Below are positions 8,728 through 15,400 of a DNA stretch of 37,043 nucleotides, piece after piece. The DNA is taken from IMG/VR virus record IMGVR_UViG_3300042514_002937, positions 1 through 37,043 of that record; one strand, 5' to 3'. Within the stretch, counting starts at the first letter, position 1. The number at the start of each line of letters is the position of its first letter. The stretch comes from a virus (lineage: Duplodnaviria; Caudoviricetes). The notes beneath the pieces are model-generated. The model made no database searches. It was given only the letters and a program-made list of their open reading frames with translations, and had not been told where the DNA came from. The translations under genes and the position numbers were made by a program.

Positions 8728-9360
8728 TTAGCCCTGTGTAACCGGGAACAGGTCGCCAGTGGCCTGCGCTGCGCGGCCCACGCTGTCGATGGCGGGCACC
8801 GGCAATGCCAACAAGTGGCAGTGCTGCACCAGTTGGGCATGCAGGGTGGCGCGGATGGCCGGGGATGTTTCCGCCTTGAGCTGGCTGAGCAGCTTGGGCA
8901 CTTGCCGGTGGATGGCCAGTTGTTGGGTCACGCTGAGGTAAGCCACGCCACGGCTCTCACGCGCTTCTCGCTCCATGGCGATGAAATAGCGGCGTACTTG
9001 GCGGCCCTGTTCGTTGTTCTCCACCATGGCCAATTCTTTGGCGGTATCGAGGGTGAGGTGGTAGTCGGTGCGGTTGTGACCACCTCGGCGCTCGGTTTTG
9101 CTCCCCGGTTCTGGGGAGCAAACATCGGCTTTGTTACTCAAATCTGAGTAGCAAAGGCCGCTTTCTTGGTCATCTCTTTTACTCATCACTGAGTAAAAGT
9201 CCTCACCTTCAACAAAGCCATATTGGTCGATGCGGCGAGCAATCCAGTCGTTGAAGCGGGTCTGTACGCCGAGGAAGTCATGCAGGTCTTTGGCATCACA
9301 CATCTGCTGGTTGCGGCCATCGAGTGCGCCGTTGAATACGGGGATGAGTTGCTGGGTCAT
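8728..9360 (-). CDS. AntA/AntB-family antirepressor
   Basis: AKDLHDFL..FNDWI..RI..YGF.EG.DF...DYHLTLDTAKELAMVE...GRQVRRYFI. Confidence 0.9.
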   Translation of the reverse strand: MTQQLIPVFNGALDGRNQQMCDAKDLHDFLGVQTRFNDWIARRIDQYGFVEGEDFYSVMSKRDDQESGLCYSDLSNKADVCSPEPGSKTERRGGHNRTDYHLTLDTAKELAMVENNEQGRQVRRYFIAMEREARESRGVAYLSVTQQLAIHRQVPKLLSQLKAETSPAIRATLHAQLVQHCHLLALPVPAIDSVGRAAQATGDLFPVTQG

Positions 9361-9371
9361 GGTCAGGCTCC

Positions 9372-9833
9372 TTATTTGCGATGCAGGGTGATTACCGCGC
9401 CCACTTCGGCGTGGCGTGCGGCAATGTGTCTACGGTGGGCGGCCACAATCTCGGCCAGTTCGGCCTCATCGAGCTGCCCATCAGCCAATGCTTGAGCGAT
9501 CAGCTGATCTACCCGGCCCTTTTGGCTGCTGGTGGCCAGCGCGCGGTTGTAGAGGTCGATGTTGTCCAGCTCGCTGGCAGTGGGCATGGGCACAAACACA
9601 CCGCCGTACAGGCCGCACAGGTAATCCACCAAGTAGGTGGTGCCGGTGGCTTGCTCTAGCAGGTGTATTTGCTCGTCAGTGAGGGGCCGGTGGCCTGCGT
9701 TCTCGTAGGCTTGGTTGTCGAATTTTTTCAGCTCAATGCCCAAGCGGGCGGCGGCGCAATCGCGCCCACCGGGGTAAGCGCAGATAACGGCGCTGACCAC
9801 TTTGCGGCGGCTATCAATAATTTTGCGTGTCAT
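9372..9833 (-). CDS. YmfL/CII-like phage regulatory protein
   Basis: AYPGGRDCAAARLG N-terminal HTH; GGVFVP; ALADGQLDEAE. Confidence 0.75.
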   Translation of the reverse strand: MTRKIIDSRRKVVSAVICAYPGGRDCAAARLGIELKKFDNQAYENAGHRPLTDEQIHLLEQATGTTYLVDYLCGLYGGVFVPMPTASELDNIDLYNRALATSSQKGRVDQLIAQALADGQLDEAELAEIVAAHRRHIAARHAEVGAVITLHRK

Positions 9834-9869
9834 CTTCTCGTTTCCCCATGCAGCCCTTGGCGTTACCGT

Positions 9870-10106
9870 TTAGCTGGCTGATGCAAATGGATGGTTAAGC
9901 AAACCGGGGATTAGCTCGCTGCCCACGGCTACAGACAGGTCATGCATGATGGAAAAGGAGATACGGCCACTGGGCAGCGTGGGGGAGCCTGCCCAGCGAT
10001 CTAGCACTTGGGTCACGGTGCGCGGGTCGTAGCCGTGTTTGAGGGCGAACTGGCGCAGGCTGATGCCCTGTTCAATAAGCCGTGCGCGGATTTGCAGTTT
10101 GGTCAT
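9870..10106 (-). CDS. Ner/Cox-like small DNA-binding protein (78 aa)
   Basis: IRARLIEQGISLRQFALKHGY HTH; GGAG RBS before ATG 10106. Confidence 0.75.
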   Translation of the reverse strand: MTKLQIRARLIEQGISLRQFALKHGYDPRTVTQVLDRWAGSPTLPSGRISFSIMHDLSVAVGSELIPGLLNHPFASAS

Positions 10107-10122
10107 GGTTCGCTCCGGGTAA

Positions 10123-10428
10123 TCAATTGGCCAGCAATGCGCCCATGCTGCGCAGGGCGTGTGTGCTGGCGCAGACGGTGCCATTGAGCAGGTCGTCTAA
10201 AGGGGGTTGGATGTCGCGGAACTGAATGGACAATTCGTCGTGGATGGCATCCAGCGTTTGCGCCAGCAACTCAGCCAAACGTGCGGTGGATTGGACGTCT
10301 TTGAGCGAAGCCAGATAGCACTCGGCCTTGCTCAGCAAATCGCGCTGCTCAATTGTCAGCTGGCCTGAGTCGGCGGTTTCTTGCAGGTGTGCCACCAAGG
10401 CGGCGTAGGTGTTGTAGAACTGGCTCAT
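10123..10428 (-). CDS. Hypothetical helical protein (101 aa), first gene of the early lytic operon
   Basis: Fills the gap between the promoter and the Ner-like gene; weak RBS. Confidence 0.6.
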   Translation of the reverse strand: MSQFYNTYAALVAHLQETADSGQLTIEQRDLLSKAECYLASLKDVQSTARLAELLAQTLDAIHDELSIQFRDIQPPLDDLLNGTVCASTHALRSMGALLAN

Positions 10429-10471
10429 GTTTTTGCGTGCCCCGTTGGTTTAATCTGTACTCATTACGCAT

Positions 10472-10500
10472 AGCCTATGTCTGCGTTTTGCAGATGTCAA
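10472..10500 (-). promoter_or_regulatory. Early lytic promoter with an operator palindrome in its spacer
   Basis: Minus strand TTGACA-N17-TAGGCT; spacer contains TCTGC-N5-GCAGA (10480-10494). Confidence 0.75.
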
Positions 10501-10516
10501 ACGGATAATCAACAAA

Positions 10517-10948
10517 ATGCATAGAAAAGCCGTTAAGGCAGTTCTAGAACGCCTTGCAGTGGTACTGGGTGCTAAAACAAGCCAGAGCCTCGGAGAGCAG
10601 CTCGGCGTGAGTCCTCAGACGGTAAGTAGCTGGAAAGCACGCGAAAGTGTCCCCTACGCACAATGCGTAGATGTTGCTGAGCGTTATGGCATTTCTCTTG
10701 ATTGGCTTCTAACGGGCGAAGGCCCCATGCGCCGTGACGGTGTGGCTGATGCAGGCCCGCAAGAGGACGCGGGTGTATACGCGGCCAACCCGCGTGAACA
10801 CGCCATGCTGGCCCTGTGGCGGGAGCTGGACGAGGACGCCCAGCGAGAAATACAGCACGCTGCTCAGGAGAAAAAACGCCTGAGCACCCTCGAAGACCAA
10901 CTCCAGGAGCTGCAGGCCGCCGTTGCCTCGCTTATTCGTTCGCCCTAA
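10517..10948 (+). CDS. CI-like immunity repressor (HTH, no peptidase domain)
   Basis: LGEQLGVSPQTVSSWKARESVP...ISLDWLLTGEG; divergent from the early operon. Confidence 0.88.
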   Translation: MHRKAVKAVLERLAVVLGAKTSQSLGEQLGVSPQTVSSWKARESVPYAQCVDVAERYGISLDWLLTGEGPMRRDGVADAGPQEDAGVYAANPREHAMLALWRELDEDAQREIQHAAQEKKRLSTLEDQLQELQAAVASLIRSP

Positions 10949-10981
10949 AGTGTACCCATTGAGAACAAACAAGGACGTGCA

Positions 10982-11668
10982 ATGGACGCTTGGCAAAAGA
11001 TCGAGGTGGGTAACCCTGCTCACGTAGGCGCACGCCACGCACAAGAACGTGAGCGTTGCGGCCTGTCCATCGGCACGCTTGCCGCCCTGTTACACCTCAA
11101 CGGTGCCAGCGCCAACGACATCAAAGCATTTGAGCAAAAGGGTAAGCCCCTCAAGGTGCTGGACACCTACTGGGCAAGGCTGGCCATCACCACGGGCATG
11201 GATGTGCTGTACATCCTGACGGGTGATCTCTTTCCCACACGCCTATCGCCCGAAGACAAAACTCTGTGGGCCATCCTCCAACGCTTAAGCCCAGCCTCCC
11301 GTGCCACAGTTTTAAGCCAGGCACAGCGCCTGTTTGAGGCCGAGTGTGAGGCCGATGAAGACCTGCAGCTTTGCTTGCGTTTTGGTGAGCGGTACCGAGG
11401 CATACCGATTGCGGATATGTGCTCTGACACTCGGGAAATTGGCCTGGCAGAGCTGCGTAACTACATAGACCAAGCAACAGACCTTGACCTTGCCTACTAC
11501 CTGACTTGGCTGCGCTACGAGCCTGACGGCATCTGCCGTTTTGGGCTGTTGCCAAATCTCAACCCGCAAAGCGATGAAGCCCGCCAACTCGAAGCCTTAG
11601 CGGCTTGGTGCATAAGCCGTTACTGGTGGTTTGACGCTTATGGGGAAAAGCGCCTGGGCAAGGGCTAG
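10982..11668 (+). CDS. Degenerate XRE-HTH protein with extra C-terminal domain (228 aa)
   Basis: ERERCGLS..LA...GMDVLYILTG...LSPEDKTL..LQRLSP pattern typical of Pseudomonas phage XRE proteins. Confidence 0.6.
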   Translation: MDAWQKIEVGNPAHVGARHAQERERCGLSIGTLAALLHLNGASANDIKAFEQKGKPLKVLDTYWARLAITTGMDVLYILTGDLFPTRLSPEDKTLWAILQRLSPASRATVLSQAQRLFEAECEADEDLQLCLRFGERYRGIPIADMCSDTREIGLAELRNYIDQATDLDLAYYLTWLRYEPDGICRFGLLPNLNPQSDEARQLEALAAWCISRYWWFDAYGEKRLGKG

Positions 11669-11789
11669 AAATTACCTCAACTTACCCTGTTATTACCTTG
11701 CTGGGTAATTGAGCAAAGCCAGCAGTGGCGCAGGGTTTAAGGGTGGTAAAAATAAAAATTACCAAAATTACTTATTTTATGGGGGTGTT

Positions 11790-12677
11790 ATGACTGAGCC
11801 TGCAAAGCAAAAATTCTCCATTTCGTATGACGCTGAGTCGGGAGACTATAAAAATCATGAAATTGATGCGCTTACGCTAAGCCGCTCAATTCAAGGCGTC
11901 TATGACATGGTTGCAGAAGCCAGTGCGCTTATCAATAAAGGTGCGGAGGTGAAGTTAAAAGTTACTGCGCCTGCGAAAGAGGGATCGGTGATTGTTGAGT
12001 TCTTGCTACTGGCAACCTCGCCTCAAGCGCTGGCTGTATTGAAATATCTTGGTTTTACAGCAGCGAGCAGCGCAATAGTTGGCGGGTCATTGGTTGAAGT
12101 AGTTAAAAAGCTTAAGAGTCGGCGTGTTGTTAATGTAACAATTGAAGGTGATTCAGAAACAGCCAAGATCGAGGTCGATGGCGAAGTAATTGAATGTGAT
12201 AAATATGTGGCAAAGCTAGCAGTTGACAAGAAAGTACGTGAAGCACTGCACAGTGTAATCCAAGCACCAATTTCTGGCCGAGAGGGTGCCAGGTTCAAAG
12301 TGCTGGATGGGCAAGAGCATTCTGTGCTCGAGGTAGAGCAGGAGTTTTCAAGTGCCTATTCGCCATTGCCTCCTAAGTCTCTAGAGTCGGAAGAGTTAAA
12401 GAAAGAAACTAAAACAGCTTATTTTGTGCAGGTTAACTTTCAATCCAATAATGGCTGGCGTGTTAAGTTGGCTGATGGTGCTGAGCACGCTGTAACTTTG
12501 GCTGATGAAAACTTTATGGATAAAGTCAATCAAAATCAGCAGAGTTTTTCTAAAGATGACTTGTTCGAAGTTGTCATTGAAACTAAGTCAATTCATCGTC
12601 AAACTAGATCGACACACAACTATACTGTGCTTGAGGTTACCAAGCACTTTGCAGATAAAGAACGTAGACTTGTTTGA
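11790..12677 (+). CDS. Uncharacterised accessory protein (295 aa), cassette gene 1
   Basis: AT-rich; GGGGGTG RBS before ATG 11790; central hydrophobic Gly/Ala-rich segment and beta-rich C-terminus. Confidence 0.85.
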   Translation: MTEPAKQKFSISYDAESGDYKNHEIDALTLSRSIQGVYDMVAEASALINKGAEVKLKVTAPAKEGSVIVEFLLLATSPQALAVLKYLGFTAASSAIVGGSLVEVVKKLKSRRVVNVTIEGDSETAKIEVDGEVIECDKYVAKLAVDKKVREALHSVIQAPISGREGARFKVLDGQEHSVLEVEQEFSSAYSPLPPKSLESEELKKETKTAYFVQVNFQSNNGWRVKLADGAEHAVTLADENFMDKVNQNQQSFSKDDLFEVVIETKSIHRQTRSTHNYTVLEVTKHFADKERRLV

Positions 12678-12688
12678 ATGGGGTGCGC

Positions 12689-12922
12689 ATGAGCGTTGAT
12701 GCTAATTTTGTTGAGGCGCTTTTTTATCTGTCACTAATGATAATGGCGCCTGCACTATATAAGATCTCACGCGTGATCGTTCGGCAACTCTGGAATCGTT
12801 ATGTATCAGATGCCGAGATTATTATCACAAGAAAGCGCAATGGGGCTGTCGTAAGCGTCCAGCGGATCAAGACTACCGGCTATGTCGTTGATCAGCTCAA
12901 GGCTGCTCGGAGTAATGCTTAA
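12689..12922 (+). CDS. Small 1-TM protein (77 aa), cassette gene 2
   Basis: FVEALFYLSLMIMAPALY hydrophobic helix followed by a basic tail; GGGGTG RBS. Confidence 0.75.
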   Translation: MSVDANFVEALFYLSLMIMAPALYKISRVIVRQLWNRYVSDAEIIITRKRNGAVVSVQRIKTTGYVVDQLKAARSNA

Positions 12923-13302
12923 TGGCTAATAGTCAGAAAGTTGGTCCGCAGGGCCTTCAGGCTACGGTCACGGCTGCTCTTGGTGGGATCGTTACTGCTA
13001 GTTGCTTGAAGTGGATACCAGCTGAGGATGCCCAGTACTGGGCTGGGGTAGCTAGTTTAATTGTCCCTGGCATTGGCTACCTGATTGCACGTTTTGCCGC
13101 CTCTTTGGATGAACCTGAAGAATTGACCCGTTACAAGGCAAGATTGAAACGGGACTTAAAGCACCAGAGTAAAATGCTCAAAGACAAGAATGTATCGAGT
13201 ACGCTCAAGGAAGAAATCAGAGAAAAGTACAGCCAAACGATGCTGAAGCTTGCAACTGCGAATCAGGACCATGATGGCCAGCGCTTAGTTGAGGAAGGTT
13301 GA
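12922..13302 (+). CDS. 2-TM protein with helical C-terminus (126 aa), cassette gene 3
   Basis: Two hydrophobic segments (ATVTAALGGIVTASCL; YWAGVASLIVPGIGYLIA); TAATG coupling. Confidence 0.8.
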   Translation: MANSQKVGPQGLQATVTAALGGIVTASCLKWIPAEDAQYWAGVASLIVPGIGYLIARFAASLDEPEELTRYKARLKRDLKHQSKMLKDKNVSSTLKEEIREKYSQTMLKLATANQDHDGQRLVEEG

Positions 13303-13442
13303 ACGTGCGAAGTAGGTAATTCTGAGCAGGGGTTTATGCAACGAGCGATTGAGGCCTTGGTGTTGCAACAACGCCAAGGCTAGTTGAACAGGCTGCAGGG
13401 CGGGGCCTGATAACTGACCGCCACCAACGCAAGGACGCGCAC

Positions 13443-13646
13443 ATGGGATACCTAACACTCACACGCCCTGAAGGGCAGCACATCCGTTTGACCATTGACC
13501 CTGGCGTTGATACCGAGAAGCTGTTGCAGCACCTGTTGCGTGATGGCATCACCATCAGGATGGCGAACATAGACGGGCACAAGGCCAGTTTGGCCATTGA
13601 TGCGCCGCGCGAGATATTGATTTTGCGCGAAGAACTTATTGATTAG
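13443..13646 (+). CDS. csrA: CsrA/Rsm-family RNA-binding protein, RsmN/RsmF-type
   Basis: MGYLTLTR.EG..I.L...[helical insert TEKLLQHLLRDG]..ITI...ASLAIDAPREILILREEL. Confidence 0.85.
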   Translation: MGYLTLTRPEGQHIRLTIDPGVDTEKLLQHLLRDGITIRMANIDGHKASLAIDAPREILILREELID

Positions 13647-13664
13647 CCCTGGTGGTGCACATTG

Positions 13665-13694
13665 AAAAGCCCCGTGCCAATGCGGGGCTTTTTT
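13665..13694. terminator. Bidirectional terminator between the accessory block and gpD
   Basis: AAAAGCCCCGTG-CCAA-TGCGGGGCTTTTTT. Confidence 0.85.
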
Positions 13695-14955
13695 ATGCCT
13701 GGGCGTTTTGCAGTTGCTGCCATTCCCGATCCACGGCCCGTTGGGCGCTGGCCTTGCTGGCGAATAGCGGTGTGAGGGTTTTGGGGATGGTTTGCGTGCC
13801 GGCGGTGAGTTGCTTTTGTGCGCCGCTTTGCTCGTCGCGGTAGGTGGCCACCACGCCGGTGTAGGCCGCGCCCTCGGCTAGGTCGCTGAGGGCTTCGCCG
13901 TCGGGGAGTTTGGACTCCAGCTCCAGGCTGGTGGTGTAGCTGTCGGGGGTGAAGCTGTGGCGGATGTTGCCGCCCAGCCAAACGATGGCGGCAATCTCGG
14001 CTTTGATGCCGGTGAGGCTGTAGGTTTGGTCGGGCGTTAGCTCGGGCCGGCCTTTGGCCAGGCTGTAGCTGAGGCTGGCGGTGCCGCGTTGCAGGCGTTG
14101 CCACTCGGCCCGTGCGGCGTCCAGGGCGCTGGCTTGGTCGGTGTAGGTGTTGCGCAGCTCTTTGAGGTTGTCGCCGCCGCCGGCGATGGCCTCTTTTTTC
14201 TCGGCGCTGTTCACGTCGTAGTAGTAGGCCTTGGCCCCGGTGTAGCTGTCGCGGTCGGCCTGTAAAAAGCGGTGCTGGTCGCCGTCTGCCCGGGTGAGGG
14301 TTACGTGGGGCAGGGCGATGCCGCTGGCGGTGGTGCTGTTGCCGGTGGGCATAAACAGCAGGCGGCCGGCTTTGATGTTGCTGATGGCGTCGTATTGCTG
14401 GCCGAGGCGGCTGAGTAGGTTGGCGTCGCTCTCGTTGGCTTGGTCCAGGTGCAGCAGCTCGATGGCGCTGAGCGCGGCACTGATGACGGGGCTGAGGCCA
14501 TGGGCAGCGGCCACGCTGGCGATCACCGCGCCCAGGGTGGTGGTGCTCCAGGAGCGTTCCCGTTTGGTTTTAAGGCCGCCGCGCATGTCGGCGCTGCGCG
14601 CGCGGATGTTGAGTACATCCGGTGCGCCGCTGTGCTCGGTTTCGTCAACGGTGTAGCTGCCTTTGGGTACCAGCCCGGTGTCGCTCCAGCCCAGCCAGAG
14701 TTGCAGCACGGCACCGCGCGGGGGGATGGCCAGCAGGCCGTCGTGGTCGCTGAGTTGGATGTCGAGCTGGTCGGCTTCCATGCCTCGGTTGTCGGTCAGC
14801 TCGATGCTGACAAGGCTCTGCTCGATGGCGGCGGTGATGTCGATGCCATCCACCACCACGCGGCAGATGGGGCGCGGGTAGGCGGTGGCGTCGCGGTAGG
14901 CGTCTGCGGCTTGGCCGAGCAGGCCTTGAGCTTGGCGCAGGGCTTGGTCGATCAC
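13693..14955 (-). CDS. P2 gpD-like tail/baseplate hub (late control D)
   Basis: LTDNRGMEADQLDI.LSD.DG; HLDQANESD; last gene of the tail operon. Confidence 0.92.
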   Translation of the reverse strand: MIDQALRQAQGLLGQAADAYRDATAYPRPICRVVVDGIDITAAIEQSLVSIELTDNRGMEADQLDIQLSDHDGLLAIPPRGAVLQLWLGWSDTGLVPKGSYTVDETEHSGAPDVLNIRARSADMRGGLKTKRERSWSTTTLGAVIASVAAAHGLSPVISAALSAIELLHLDQANESDANLLSRLGQQYDAISNIKAGRLLFMPTGNSTTASGIALPHVTLTRADGDQHRFLQADRDSYTGAKAYYYDVNSAEKKEAIAGGGDNLKELRNTYTDQASALDAARAEWQRLQRGTASLSYSLAKGRPELTPDQTYSLTGIKAEIAAIVWLGGNIRHSFTPDSYTTSLELESKLPDGEALSDLAEGAAYTGVVATYRDEQSGAQKQLTAGTQTIPKTLTPLFASKASAQRAVDREWQQLQNAQA

Positions 14956-15392
14956 AGCAGCCTCCGCAGCACGTCGCCGGCGGCACCTATCACGCTGCCG
15001 AGCAGATCCACGCGGCCATCGTCGATGCGCTTGAGCACCAGGTTGAACTCGATACGCCGCGCAGCCCCGTCGCGGAAGAACAGGGTGCGGGTTTCACTCA
15101 GCGAGACGATCACCCACACGCCGTAGATTTTGCCGGTGCCTTCCACCAGGGGCCACGCTTTGCCGGTGTCGGCCATGTAGCGCAGGGTGTCGAGGCTTAA
15201 CGGTGTGCCTGCGAGGGCGGGCAGCAGCACGCCGGGCAGGGTGATGGTGTCTTGCCCGCGCCCCAGGAACTGGCTGGCGGGGTTGGTGCCGATGCGGCTG
15301 GTTTCACCATGCCGCCACTCGGTTTGGCGCTGGAACTCCTGATAGGCGAGGGTTTCCAGGCTGAAGATGAACATGCCGAGGGCCATCATCAT
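14952..15392 (-). CDS. P2 gpU-like tail protein
   Basis: MMMALGMFIFSLETLAYQ...RRIEF. Confidence 0.92.
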   Translation of the reverse strand: MMMALGMFIFSLETLAYQEFQRQTEWRHGETSRIGTNPASQFLGRGQDTITLPGVLLPALAGTPLSLDTLRYMADTGKAWPLVEGTGKIYGVWVIVSLSETRTLFFRDGAARRIEFNLVLKRIDDGRVDLLGSVIGAAGDVLRRLL

Positions 15393-15400
15393 GGTGCGGG

